Virus record (IMG/VR): IMGVR_UViG_3300029305_003259
Span: 64,432 to 128,431 of that record
Strand: one strand, 5' to 3'
DNA: 64,000 bases
DNA from: a virus
Lineage: Duplodnaviria; Caudoviricetes
Shown here: positions 32,796 through 42,750 of the stretch, in pieces
Layout: each line of letters opens with the position of its first letter
How positions within the stretch are numbered: position 1 is the stretch's first letter
Position numbers and translations under genes: made by a program
The notes under the pieces: generated by a model
Seen by the model: the letters and a program-made list of their open reading frames with translations, nothing else
Told to the model about the DNA's origin: nothing
Databases searched by the model: none

Positions 32796-33679
32796 TATTC
32801 AACGCCTCGAATCTTTTTAAACATATCATCAATACTATCCATAATGGGCCAACGTTCCATAGATAGAGAATTCTTGGCAAAAGTTCCTTCAACCAGGTCA
32901 ATGTAGAAAGTATAATTGCCATCATCACCCATATAGAACTCATCCCACTGGTCTTCGTTTACAAGTCGCTTAACATCAAGCTGATTAATCGCTAAATTAT
33001 CAAAGCTAACAACTTCAAAATGATTCAGCATTTCCTTGAGATTATCATACAGCCAGTCTTGCTTCTTGCATACATCAACTTCATGAGAATTATAATAATC
33101 AACGCCACGTCTCAGCTGCTTATAACCAAGGATCAGAACCTTTAACCCATTATCTTTTAGAATCTCATAATCAGCAGGAGATAAAATACCATTGATAGTA
33201 TGAATAACGGCATTAGGGAATTCCTTAACCATATTCACAAATTCCTTGGTTGACTTATTCAAAGAAATTCCAAGACCATGGATGAGTCCTTGCTCAACAA
33301 GGAATCTGATGGCTTGATAACGTCTTTCAAAATGAATCTGATTAACTGTCATGTTAACAATAATCTTTTTATCTTTCATCTTCTGTAGAAAAACAAATAG
33401 ATCAGGATGAGTCAAATCATTGCCATTAATAGCTAGCTCAGTATAAGGATGAAGAGTATCTAGAAACTTATAATTCAGAATATCTCCGTGCTTGCCATTT
33501 ACGGTGCAGCCCTCATAACAAAAGGCGCATCCACCATCACATTGATCGGTAATCTTAACATCACAATTCTCTGCAAATGCAGGTTCAAAGAAATCAAGAT
33601 CGTTCTCACGAATCTTAGTGCCATCGTCCAGTAAAGTTACCATGTAATTGCCGTTCTTATATCTACCAATGATACTCAT
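32795..33679 (-). CDS. Radical SAM protein
   Basis: CxxxCxxC (CDGGCAFCYE); 294 aa. Confidence 0.9.
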   Translation of the reverse strand: MSIIGRYKNGNYMVTLLDDGTKIRENDLDFFEPAFAENCDVKITDQCDGGCAFCYEGCTVNGKHGDILNYKFLDTLHPYTELAINGNDLTHPDLFVFLQKMKDKKIIVNMTVNQIHFERRYQAIRFLVEQGLIHGLGISLNKSTKEFVNMVKEFPNAVIHTINGILSPADYEILKDNGLKVLILGYKQLRRGVDYYNSHEVDVCKKQDWLYDNLKEMLNHFEVVSFDNLAINQLDVKRLVNEDQWDEFYMGDDGNYTFYIDLVEGTFAKNSLSMERWPIMDSIDDMFKKIRGVE

Positions 33680-33690
33680 ATTAATTCTCC

Positions 33691-34077
33691 TTAATAATCG
33701 CTTCCATAGTATCCAAAGCTTACAACAGACTCTCCGTTAGGTGTGGTATACTCAGACTTAAAGCACTCAAACTCCCTGTCATTATAACGATTGAGTGTGT
33801 AAATTTCAAAGCTCTCTAGAAACTCCTCAAATTCATCTTCATCCATTGCGTAGTAATCTTCATCATTGTAATACTTGGAATTACGAATAAGGTCAAGTGC
33901 TTCTTCTCTTGTCACAAAGTTCTTGTTGGTATACATTGATTGATTTCCAGTCCACCAACCATCATTTAGATATACCTTGCCATTCTTCCAGTCATCATAT
34001 TCATTCTTCATGCACATGGTAATGGAATGTACACTGCTACTATTAGTTTCAAATACGCCTCGTCTAATCTGTCTCAT
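33691..34077 (-). CDS. Hypothetical protein, 'FETNSSSxHS' paralogue B
   Basis: Starts MRQIRRGVFETNSSSVHSI; ends FGYYGSDY. Confidence 0.8.
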   Translation of the reverse strand: MRQIRRGVFETNSSSVHSITMCMKNEYDDWKNGKVYLNDGWWTGNQSMYTNKNFVTREEALDLIRNSKYYNDEDYYAMDEDEFEEFLESFEIYTLNRYNDREFECFKSEYTTPNGESVVSFGYYGSDY

Positions 34078-34080
34078 AAA

Positions 34081-34629
34081 TCAATTCCCCTTATAAAAAT
34101 AATCATAATTTTCTGGATCATGATATGGATTCTTAATCATCTTATTGCGGTCATAATCATAGTATTCATCACAAGCAATGTCACATCCTTCAGGGTCATC
34201 ATCTTGATTGTCATTCCCTGTGTAAATGCAGCTATCACTAAAAAGATATCTCATTAGCATATCTTCATCATTTAGAACGGATTCAACAAATTCAGTGCAT
34301 TCGTTGCCGTGGTCAATATATCCATGTTTTAAATATGTACCCCAGCTACCAGTTACATATACTGGCTCTTCAAAATCATATAGAACATTATGTTTATCAA
34401 GAATATGTTTTAGATGATTAATCTTTTCATTTGCTACTTCATAGCTATATGCATCTAAAATCGCAGTATATAGATAAGATGCCGTATCTTCTACACAATC
34501 ATTTTCCCATCCATATTCTCCAATTCTAAATCTAACGTAGCTCAAATAACTTGCCGGTTTCTTGGAAATACAAATGCTATGGGTGCTACTAGAATTTGTT
34601 TCAAAAACACCATTACGAGTCTGTCTCAT
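34081..34629 (-). CDS. Hypothetical protein, 'FETNSSSxHS' paralogue A
   Basis: Starts MRQTRNGVFETNSSSTHSI; GEYGWE, GYIDH, TGNDN motifs. Confidence 0.8.
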   Translation of the reverse strand: MRQTRNGVFETNSSSTHSICISKKPASYLSYVRFRIGEYGWENDCVEDTASYLYTAILDAYSYEVANEKINHLKHILDKHNVLYDFEEPVYVTGSWGTYLKHGYIDHGNECTEFVESVLNDEDMLMRYLFSDSCIYTGNDNQDDDPEGCDIACDEYYDYDRNKMIKNPYHDPENYDYFYKGN

Positions 34630-35129
34630 TATTTCACCCTCTTATTCTGTACCAATCTCTTAAACTTAACATCGCTATTCTTCATATATTCATCAATCAA
34701 TTTACTTTCATCCTTAGTCTCTGGATAAGCAGTAATTGATAGTACCTTTTCCCAATCTCTATCATAGCTGTCGCTAACCACATTTGTAATCTTATTAGCG
34801 GCAAGAAAATCTCTAAGCGCCATCATTTCATCAACATTGTCAGACAAGATAACATTAACATAAGTCTTATCTTTGCTGAAATGATTATTGAACGCAATTG
34901 CTAGGCAACAGCCGACACCACTTGCAATTGACACAATTGCAATCGAAAGCATACCGTCGCTTTCAACAATATTTTTAGTAATAAGGAAATAAATGAAATT
35001 AGATAGACCTAACGCAATACCTGCTAGTACACTTTTGTTGTGCTGCACTAAGATAGTTTTTGCAGTGCCAAGCATATTATCTAGCATCTTTGCAAAAAAC
35101 AAGATAATTAATGTTGTAATTCCAGTCAA
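34629..35129 (-). CDS. Membrane protein (DUF5698/DUF2179-like)
   Basis: Three N-terminal hydrophobic segments and a soluble C-terminal domain. Confidence 0.6.
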   Translation of the reverse strand: MTGITTLIILFFAKMLDNMLGTAKTILVQHNKSVLAGIALGLSNFIYFLITKNIVESDGMLSIAIVSIASGVGCCLAIAFNNHFSKDKTYVNVILSDNVDEMMALRDFLAANKITNVVSDSYDRDWEKVLSITAYPETKDESKLIDEYMKNSDVKFKRLVQNKRVK

Positions 35130-35155
35130 GCTATCGCCTCCTTTAAATATAATTT

Positions 35156-35479
35156 TTACGTATCAATATTTTTTACTTCGCCATACTGTTTAGCGAATTC
35201 AACAAGAATGTCTTCCATTTCAGATGGATAAATTGGTATATCGCCACCATAATAATCATGCATGTACTTCATAAAATGAGCAGCACCACCCATAAATGTT
35301 TCCCAATAAAGTTTAATTATTTCCTCTGGAGTCTTTTTCAATTCTTTCTCTTCATAACAATCAAACCAATATTCATCTTTAAAATGATTGTTTTCAAACA
35401 CGCTTACTCGATACATGCCTCTATCTCTGTCATAATCAACAAAGAAATCATCGCTTTCGGAAATTCTAATTAAGCTCAT
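35156..35479 (-). CDS. Hypothetical protein
   Basis: Co-oriented, tightly packed ORF. Confidence 0.65.
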   Translation of the reverse strand: MSLIRISESDDFFVDYDRDRGMYRVSVFENNHFKDEYWFDCYEEKELKKTPEEIIKLYWETFMGGAAHFMKYMHDYYGGDIPIYPSEMEDILVEFAKQYGEVKNIDT

Positions 35480-35480
35480 A

Positions 35481-35930
35481 TTACACCAGCATATCTCCGA
35501 CTACTTTATTAACTACTTTCATATCAACCCTACCCTTAAGATAAGTAGAGATAATCCTCATAATCGCTCCACGGTTATTCTTGGTAAGAGATAGACCAGA
35601 TTCCTTAGCGCAATCAGTAACCATAATTTCAATGGCCACTGGATCCGTAATTAGCTGAGGTGCAAACTCGTTAATAACCTTAAGCTGCTTGTTATATTCA
35701 GCCAAGGTCTCCATTCTATCAACAGGACATGTATCAATCATTTCCTGTGCGGTCTTCTTGCACTTTAGAAGCACTTCGTCAACAAATGCTTCTGTGATAT
35801 TATCTCGGCAATTCTTGTTGATTGCTGCCGTTTTGATATCGCCAATAAGATCTGCGAGAACGCCCTTGCGGAACTTATTGCCATTCTTCATTGCCTGAAT
35901 CATTTCAGATTGTAGCTTTTCTAGTGTCAT
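35481..35930 (-). CDS. GatB/YqeY domain protein
   Basis: L..EM..AMK.G.K...E...I.EFAP.L...G.IM...KGRVD.K.V pattern. Confidence 0.85.
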   Translation of the reverse strand: MTLEKLQSEMIQAMKNGNKFRKGVLADLIGDIKTAAINKNCRDNITEAFVDEVLLKCKKTAQEMIDTCPVDRMETLAEYNKQLKVINEFAPQLITDPVAIEIMVTDCAKESGLSLTKNNRGAIMRIISTYLKGRVDMKVVNKVVGDMLV

Positions 35931-35936
35931 TTTTAA

Positions 35937-36233
35937 TCACTCCTTGTGGTTATTAATCCAATCTATAATTTCATTAATTTTGTTAAATACTCTGTGGTCG
36001 TCTGTAACCTGCTTCTTTAAATGCTTAATTTTTGTATTAAATTTATATTTGCCAATTTGATTGAAGTATTCTGGGAATTGATCAAAGCTAATAGAGTATT
36101 GCCAATAGCTTTCATTATTTCCTTTAATGTCTACACTGCCAAAAAAATGATTAGAAGAAACCTCAAAACTAGTAAGATAACCAACGTTTCCATCAACAGT
36201 TTCTACATAATCTCCAGTATGAAATTCGTACAT
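35937..36233 (-). CDS. Hypothetical protein
   Basis: GGAGG RBS; FH.GDYVET N-terminus, KINEIID C-terminus. Confidence 0.65.
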   Translation of the reverse strand: MYEFHTGDYVETVDGNVGYLTSFEVSSNHFFGSVDIKGNNESYWQYSISFDQFPEYFNQIGKYKFNTKIKHLKKQVTDDHRVFNKINEIIDWINNHKE

Positions 36234-36389
36234 TTATCTTTCCTCCTCTTTGCCGCAAATTCTAGCAGCAATTACACCAATAATACACACCCACCACAAC
36301 CAATCCGTGGGATTATGGCCTTTTTGTGCTAGCGAAAATGACATAATTACAATGTCAATATAATAAATTAATGTAGCAATTTTAATCAT
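36234..36389 (-). CDS. Small membrane protein (51 aa, not in ORF track)
   Basis: MIKIATLIYYIDIVIMSFSLAQKGHNPTDWLWWVCIIGVIAARICGKEEER; fills the gap between neighbours exactly. Confidence 0.55.
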   Translation of the reverse strand: MIKIATLIYYIDIVIMSFSLAQKGHNPTDWLWWVCIIGVIAARICGKEEER

Positions 36390-36607
36390 TTCTTCTTTGG
36401 CCTCCCGCGAGTTTTCTTTACAGGTTCAGATTCCATCGTTTGTAACTTCGGAGCCTCTGGCATATGCATCCAATGAGTTATATTTAAATAAGTAGTAAAT
36501 TTACCATTACCAAGATAAATTGCAGATTTCACAATTCCATTAATCGAGGCTACAATAACTTCTTCATACTTTTTAGGCTGATCATTATTAATATCGAACC
36601 AATCCAT
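36386..36607 (-). CDS. DUF551-like protein
   Basis: M.W......P...EEV.V...ITHWM.MPE.P. Confidence 0.75.
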   Translation of the reverse strand: MDWFDINNDQPKKYEEVIVASINGIVKSAIYLGNGKFTTYLNITHWMHMPEAPKLQTMESEPVKKTRGRPKKK

Positions 36608-36619
36608 ATATTTACCTCA

Positions 36620-37036
36620 TCACATACATTTATTACAATAAGGAAGAACCCATCCCTTACTATATCTTACTGCTTTAGATCCACACTTCACGCAAGTGTT
36701 ATAACTAATTTCGGTGTACTTATCTATAATAGATTCTACTTTTGCTGCAATATTATGAGGAACGCCACTATGATATAGACGCATTTCGCCAAACTTTTCT
36801 TTCATCTGTACTATTTTCCATTTATAAGCATAATCTCCTAGTGCATCCATTAGTTCTAAGCACATCGTTTCTCCGAATCTATTGACCCAACCAGGAGGCA
36901 AACAGTCGAGCCAGCATCCATGCTCTTCATCTGAATATTCATCATCGAATTTCATTTCTAGAAATGGGTATTTGGAAATCCAATATTTGCTATCCTCTTG
37001 ATTATCTCGAACCCAATCTTTATATTCGTTACTCAT
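36620..37036 (-). CDS. Hypothetical phage protein
   Basis: P.GW...Q.KEKFG.MR.Y...C..CG...GW....C; start moved downstream of the promoter at 37050-37094. Confidence 0.7.
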   Translation of the reverse strand: MSNEYKDWVRDNQEDSKYWISKYPFLEMKFDDEYSDEEHGCWLDCLPPGWVNRFGETMCLELMDALGDYAYKWKIVQMKEKFGEMRLYHSGVPHNIAAKVESIIDKYTEISYNTCVKCGSKAVRYSKGWVLPYCNKCM

Positions 37037-37137
37037 ATTTTCACCTTCATTAATTTTGTACTGTAAATATAGCACATTAATTTCGATTTGTCAATATAGT
37101 AAATATGCCCAAAGAATTGCTCCTTGGGCATAAATAC

Positions 37138-38010
37138 TTAATGCGCATTTAGGTCGCACTCATGCAACTGATCGATGTATTTCTTAAGAAAAGGCGATAG
37201 ATTATTATAATATTTCGTATTCATAAACGGATCCATATGTACTCCAACAAGCCATGCAAGAAATGGCGTAGTATTACTCATCCCATATGCAAGCCACCCA
37301 GAGTAATTATGATGAGAATAATAATGGGCGGTTTCGCACGCATTACCCTTATTATCAATAAAAGCCTTTACATATGGCTTGCCTATATCGTGCCATAAAG
37401 CTGCGGTTTCAATATCGCTTCCCATTCCATTTTTACATGCATAAAGATAGGCTTCTTTACAATGATTATAAATATCATTGGTATGATGTGGATTATCATG
37501 CGGAATTTTCATAGAATCCATTACTTTGAATGTATAATCAGTCGCATTAAAGTTATCAGGTAGAATAATGCTGATTTCATCAAACCCTTCATCATAAAAA
37601 GGAGGTTGAAACCTCTTAAGCATCTTATCAATAACGGCCTTGCCAACGGTTCTCTCTCTGGCAGAATCTCGCTCAATGCAGGTTTCAATAGGTGCCCAAA
37701 TTACATGGGTTTCAATTTGCACAAACTTGGGGCAAAGAGAGATGATATAAGAGCGATCCTTGCGAGTAATGTTAGTCGCGTCATAAATTACGTTCTTGCC
37801 ATCATGTAATGCATCAATTGCTCTGGATTGCATGAAAGAAAATACCATGTCATTGTCTCCCTGAATTGCTTCATCACCCCAAAGTTCTTCTCTGATTTTA
37901 TCAGAAGAAAGATGAACGGTATCAGGATGCTCATTAATATATTTTTCAGCATAAGTGGTTTTACCACTACCAGGGATTCCAACAAGTAGAATTAACTTAA
38001 CCCTATCCAT
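37138..38010 (-). CDS. Polynucleotide kinase (AAA_33) fused to a CCA-enzyme-type HD phosphohydrolase
   Basis: GIPGSGKTT, DATN, R..R; C-terminal NPHH...H...AALWHDIGKP...HYY.H. Confidence 0.88.
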   Translation of the reverse strand: MDRVKLILLVGIPGSGKTTYAEKYINEHPDTVHLSSDKIREELWGDEAIQGDNDMVFSFMQSRAIDALHDGKNVIYDATNITRKDRSYIISLCPKFVQIETHVIWAPIETCIERDSARERTVGKAVIDKMLKRFQPPFYDEGFDEISIILPDNFNATDYTFKVMDSMKIPHDNPHHTNDIYNHCKEAYLYACKNGMGSDIETAALWHDIGKPYVKAFIDNKGNACETAHYYSHHNYSGWLAYGMSNTTPFLAWLVGVHMDPFMNTKYYNNLSPFLKKYIDQLHECDLNAH

Positions 38011-38014
38011 ATAA

Positions 38015-38341
38015 TCAATCCTTTAAAAATGTATACTTCCATTCAACAGCATAGCCAGGAGCAGCAGATACTGTAATTCTGGCCAAAAGAACTTCTCTAT
38101 ATCCAGTTACACTTGATACTTCCTTCTTTTCATCCTCAATAGAAAAGCCACGAAGGTGGTAAAATAGATCTCCAATAAATCCTCGCTTTAGACCATCGAG
38201 TTGAAGCGACGAGGTAACAACAATCTCATGGTCATATTCATCCAATGCAGTAACTGACTTGAACTCATATCTATTATCGTTGTTTTGTACTGCTACAAGC
38301 TTAATTTTGTCATAAGCATAATTCATCATATAATCACCCAA
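38015..38341 (-). CDS. Hypothetical protein
   Basis: Co-oriented ORF inside the RNA-repair cluster. Confidence 0.6.
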   Translation of the reverse strand: MGDYMMNYAYDKIKLVAVQNNDNRYEFKSVTALDEYDHEIVVTSSLQLDGLKRGFIGDLFYHLRGFSIEDEKKEVSSVTGYREVLLARITVSAAPGYAVEWKYTFLKD

Positions 38342-39134
38342 TTTCTTTCTTAAATGCGTGTTTTAATACATTGATAAGAACATTGTTCATAATCTTATCC
38401 GCTTCCTTGTCAATGACAATCTCATAATTGTCCATATAGGCTTGCTTAACCATTTTTACAATTTCAACACAATTGTCTGCAAGATCAATTGCATCTTCAA
38501 GAGAATATCCGTATCCAGATTTTACACTGATTAAATAATTAGGTCTGGTAGGAATAAGGCATTCTGCATATGGAACTCCATGGATATATCTTTTTAAAAA
38601 TTCTTCACAGCGCAAAATGTGATGCAGTTGTTTGTTGTCGTAACCATACTTCTCAATTTTCTCTTTCAGCCCTTCGTATGGATGACATAGAGCTTTGCGC
38701 TTTTCGAAAACCATACCAGCAATACAATTCACAGCAGCATAATTGTTATAATGAGCAATGCGCTCGTTATTATCGAACATGGGCTGGTATAGAGATTTAT
38801 ACTCTGGATTTAAATATTTGTATTTGGTAAACAAGATTTCAATAAAGTTGATATTCTGTTTACGGAAACACTCATGCATCAATCTAATATCTTTAATGTC
38901 AATGTGTGAATTGTCGCTTCGAATAAGAGTAGTACTTACAGGTTTCTTATTAAGCACAAAATCCTCAAATGATGGAATTAGAATTGCTTTAGTGTCAATG
39001 TCGCTACCTTCATAATCTAGGTTATAGTTCTGGGAGCCCTGTAAAAAGACTCCCAAAACATTATGACCAAGAGAAGTTACGTATTCAAAATCTTCATGTA
39101 AGCGTGAATTAATTTTTTGTTCTCTATTAATCAT
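38334..39134 (-). CDS. Pol-beta-fold nucleotidyltransferase
   Basis: GSQNYNL....SDIDTK (GS...DxD), N.N..E.L, K.L.H..R. Confidence 0.85.
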   Translation of the reverse strand: MINREQKINSRLHEDFEYVTSLGHNVLGVFLQGSQNYNLDYEGSDIDTKAILIPSFEDFVLNKKPVSTTLIRSDNSHIDIKDIRLMHECFRKQNINFIEILFTKYKYLNPEYKSLYQPMFDNNERIAHYNNYAAVNCIAGMVFEKRKALCHPYEGLKEKIEKYGYDNKQLHHILRCEEFLKRYIHGVPYAECLIPTRPNYLISVKSGYGYSLEDAIDLADNCVEIVKMVKQAYMDNYEIVIDKEADKIMNNVLINVLKHAFKKEIG

Positions 39135-39961
39135 TAAATCATCACCAACTTATTTACATATTCCTTATCTTGAGTGAATATAGGAATTTCATTATCAATT
39201 ACCCACTTGTTGCGAATAACTTCCTTATCAGTTCCTTCGTTAATCTTTACTGGAACCTTGATACAGCAACTACCACGCTTTAAAGTTGTGGGATAGTCGT
39301 TCCAATTAATACCCTTTTCTACGAACAGTATATCCTGAATCTTATCGCACTTCTTACCATGTAGTTCTTTACTAGAAAAGTTGGCTTGGCCTACAGACAG
39401 AATGGAATTACGAGTGGCATCTTGCTGCCTCCAGATAAGACAATTAACCACTTCTTCTTTAGGCAGTGTAAAAACACGAGAATCAAACATGGCATAGCCG
39501 TTGGTCTTATCTAAAATAGTCTTAGAATATTTAAACTCGTCTTCATTGCCATCTACGATTTTTCCTACGTGGCTATCAACCCAATTAATCATGTTCTGTC
39601 TAAAATTATGATAGAAGCTAATTGTTGCCATACTTGCAGACACGCTTGCCATCTTCTGAATATTATTATCAAACCAAGCGTCAGCATCTCTACTCTGATA
39701 ATCTACAAGAACTAATGTGATTTCATCAGACTGTGTGTAACCAAGCACACAGCCCTGAATATTCTCACATAGATACTTCATAGTTTCTTGCATGGATTTT
39801 ACAAAGATATTATCAAATGGTTTCTTTAAGCCACGAGTGAAGGAATGGAATGCCTTGCCATCTAATCTAATAATAACTGGAAGTCTACGAGTTAGATGTG
39901 TACGAGTTATGTATTCGTACTGTTTCATGCGGTCTCCAAGAGAATCATTTTTATTACTCAT
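39134..39961 (-). CDS. thg1: tRNA(His) guanylyltransferase / Thg1-like 3'-5' polymerase
   Basis: RMK.YE, RLDGKAFHSFT, YTQSDEI, FDSR, WRQQDA.RNS. Confidence 0.95.
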   Translation of the reverse strand: MSNKNDSLGDRMKQYEYITRTHLTRRLPVIIRLDGKAFHSFTRGLKKPFDNIFVKSMQETMKYLCENIQGCVLGYTQSDEITLVLVDYQSRDADAWFDNNIQKMASVSASMATISFYHNFRQNMINWVDSHVGKIVDGNEDEFKYSKTILDKTNGYAMFDSRVFTLPKEEVVNCLIWRQQDATRNSILSVGQANFSSKELHGKKCDKIQDILFVEKGINWNDYPTTLKRGSCCIKVPVKINEGTDKEVIRNKWVIDNEIPIFTQDKEYVNKLVMI

Positions 39962-40853
39962 CTTCTCCACCTACTATTTCGTCTAAAATTCTTTCAATAT
40001 TTTCAAAATCCCAATATGGAATTTCATATAATGGTATATTTAATTTTTTACACCAATCTCGTTTTTCATTATCACGTCTTACGGTTTGTTTAAAATTATC
40101 CTCATTATCCCACCCATATCCACTGTAGTTATAGTGCTGTGTTCCATGATATTCTATAAAACACTGTAATTGATTATCATCAAAAATTGCAAAATCAAAA
40201 AATGGTCTTCTTCCAGTAGATAAAATAATGTCATTGTGTGAATATTGTGGTATAAAGGTAATCGAGTGTTCTGTTAGCCATTGATTAATTTTCATTTCGC
40301 CCTTTGATTTAATACACCCACAAGATGTTGTATTGCCATTTTTTAAATTAGTTGAATCAACTATAGATCCTCCGCCACAATCACATTTGCACTTATAGCA
40401 TACATGTCCAAATCGATTATTGGCGACACGCTCCACTACAATTAGTTTTCCAAATCGTTGACCTACCAATGATTTAAAACTTGCATCGCTCGACCTTTGT
40501 TTTTGATAACATCCACATGATTGAGTGTTTCCACTTGTTAAATTAGATGTTTCAACCGTAACAACATTACCACATTCACATGAGCATTTTTGATAAATAG
40601 GTGGAATAGGCTCAAGTACAGTAAGCTTTCCAAATTTTTGCCCGACTAAATTTAACTTATAAAAATATTTATCTTTGATGTGGCCACAACTTGTTGTGTG
40701 GCCACTGGTTAAATAGTCGGTTCTTACTTCTGTTATTTTCCCACATGAGCATTGGCAAATCCATCTAGTATATTTATCATTTCTTTTTTCTGCTCTACAT
40801 AACACTTCTAATTCGCCAAAATGTGTTCCAGCTAAATCTAGTAATTTAGACAC
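39954..40853 (-). mobile_element. Free-standing putative homing endonuclease (C.C.CG repeats plus PD-(D/E)xK-like domain)
   Basis: Three L.G..FG.L.V...C.C.CG...L.SG.T.SCG repeats, then SKGE, FDF, IEYHG.QH, D..K..WC; sits between the RNA ligase and Thg1 genes. Confidence 0.75.
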
Positions 40854-40902
40854 AAAATCACTTCCAAAATTTCATTAATTTTGTATCGTATTGAGCCTTT
40901 AA

Positions 40903-42303
40903 TTATTCTGTCTCTTCTACACCTTCTGCTTCTTCCATATCTGGAGCATCTGCTTCAACCTTTACAATACCTTCTAAAGCTTTGAAAAACCAATTTTTAG
41001 TTTTATAAGCACAGAACTTAGGACGATTTAGAATACGAACCACTACACCCTCACGAACATGAGTCTTGCCAATAGGATCAGGGCCATCGTAATACTTTTC
41101 TGCTACGCTCTTAATGTAATCACCAGGAGTGAAATTATTCATAATAGTCTCGCCATTTACAGGATCAGGAATAGTGCCCTTCCACATCACAGGGACTGTC
41201 TTAACACCCATCTGCTCACAACGATAACGCATGAAGTCAGGAGTATATTCTACTACATCGCCATCTTCATTGGTCATAGTCATGCGATATACATAAATAT
41301 CAGACTGAGGTGCAGACTCAACAGCAATACCATAACCAAGCGTTTCGTCAATTACAGGAACTGCCTTTTTACCATTTGCTTCACAACCATAGCTGAAAGT
41401 AGTAGTTTTGCCATACTGCTTAACAAAGTCCTTGTCATTAATCTTCTTGTTGTCAGCAGTTGCCATAATAGGAGTTCCAGTGTGAGTAAAGCCTACGACC
41501 TCATAGAAAATCTCCTCACCCTTCCAAAGCTTACCCTCAAAGAATTTAGAATGCTGCTCACGGAATTCATTAGAGCCATAGTATCCACCATCGTAGTTCT
41601 CAAGAACAGTGCGGCGAGTACCAGATACATAACCCCAATCATAAATGGGAGCACCTTCCTTGCGAGTAATCTTATCCCACAGAGTGCGCTTATAACCCTT
41701 AAATACAGGCAGATAAGCAGTTCTTTGGCTGGTTCCATGCATCTTTAGTGTAATCTCAATCTCGTCTCCAGGCTTGAATGCGGCAAGATTATATGCAAGC
41801 TGCTCAGTATCTGCATGCTCAATAAACAGAGGAGCTACATCAACCTTCTTCTTACGAGTGCGGCTGCCGCCAGAAGTGCCGCCACGGCGATGATTCTGGC
41901 GAGGTACATACTTACAGCAGATCTCGTGCCCGTTGAAGTTATCAATTCGGTCGCCTTCCTTGAGGGTTGCAATGTCGCCAAAAGACTCAAGAGACTTTAG
42001 AGGAAGGAACAGGCCATCAGACTTCTCGCCACGAAGCTTAATAGCAGTAACATTGCGCTTAGATTCATCCATGTAACCGCCAATGTTATTGCCATTCTCA
42101 TCCTTCTTGCGGAGTAGGTTATTTGCCTCAGCAAACGCAACGCTTACCTGCCCATCAGAAGGAAAGTAAATGCCAAGCTGATTGTCGGTATATTCCATAG
42201 AAACAATTACGGTATTGCCAAAGCACTCGCCCATCTGTAGGCGGTCAGCATTAGGGTGCTGGCGCACATTCTTAATCCTAGTAATAAATGCCGTGTATGC
42301 CAT
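40903..42303 (-). CDS. ATP-dependent RNA ligase (DRB0094/Rnl2-like, N-terminal OB domain)
   Basis: HPNADRL, LRGE.S.G, KMHGT motif I, YEVVG, REGVVVR, YK.K...F. Confidence 0.88.
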   Translation of the reverse strand: MAYTAFITRIKNVRQHPNADRLQMGECFGNTVIVSMEYTDNQLGIYFPSDGQVSVAFAEANNLLRKKDENGNNIGGYMDESKRNVTAIKLRGEKSDGLFLPLKSLESFGDIATLKEGDRIDNFNGHEICCKYVPRQNHRRGGTSGGSRTRKKKVDVAPLFIEHADTEQLAYNLAAFKPGDEIEITLKMHGTSQRTAYLPVFKGYKRTLWDKITRKEGAPIYDWGYVSGTRRTVLENYDGGYYGSNEFREQHSKFFEGKLWKGEEIFYEVVGFTHTGTPIMATADNKKINDKDFVKQYGKTTTFSYGCEANGKKAVPVIDETLGYGIAVESAPQSDIYVYRMTMTNEDGDVVEYTPDFMRYRCEQMGVKTVPVMWKGTIPDPVNGETIMNNFTPGDYIKSVAEKYYDGPDPIGKTHVREGVVVRILNRPKFCAYKTKNWFFKALEGIVKVEADAPDMEEAEGVEETE

Positions 42304-42320
42304 ATTTATTTCTCCTTACA

Positions 42321-42365
42321 TTAATTTCGTGCTGTAATAATATCAAATCGTTTACGTTTTGTCAA
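42321..42365 (-). promoter_or_regulatory. Promoter of the RNA-repair operon with a motif variant
   Basis: Minus strand TTGACA-17-TATTAT-TACAGCACGAAATTAA. Confidence 0.75.
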
Positions 42366-42418
42366 TATGTTAAATTAGTCAAAAAGCCGCAGTAAAATCT
42401 GCGGCTATTTGTTTAATA

Positions 42419-42739
42419 CTACCAATTTGCATTATAATTAATTACCCAACCATCTTCTTTAAGTTCATCCCACTGATCAAGTAACTCGCAAACATCTTTA
42501 ACGGTATTAAATCCGCCAAAATAATCGCGATTATGTGTTACATGATTAAGAACCATTTCAATATCTTCTTTAGTTAGTTGTAAATCTTCACCATACTCTT
42601 CGTCTCTATAAGGAAATAGATAAAACAAGTCCCAATTCTTACGCCAATAACACATTTGCTGTCGTTCTTCATAATCTCGTCTGCCATTTTCTTTAATAAC
42701 AGGTTTGCGGCACTTATCTATATACATATCAAGGCCCAT
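42419..42739 (-). CDS. Hypothetical phage protein (MGLDMY...YWRK family)
   Basis: MGLDMY start, YWRK, C-terminal Y.A.W. Confidence 0.75.
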   Translation of the reverse strand: MGLDMYIDKCRKPVIKENGRRDYEERQQMCYWRKNWDLFYLFPYRDEEYGEDLQLTKEDIEMVLNHVTHNRDYFGGFNTVKDVCELLDQWDELKEDGWVINYNANW

Positions 42740-42750
42740 AAGAAATCTCC

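Noticed and set aside
41059-41748. 229-aa + strand ORF and the many other antisense ORFs inside long genes
   Set aside because: Lie opposite well-supported genes with no motifs or RBS; expected from codon bias.
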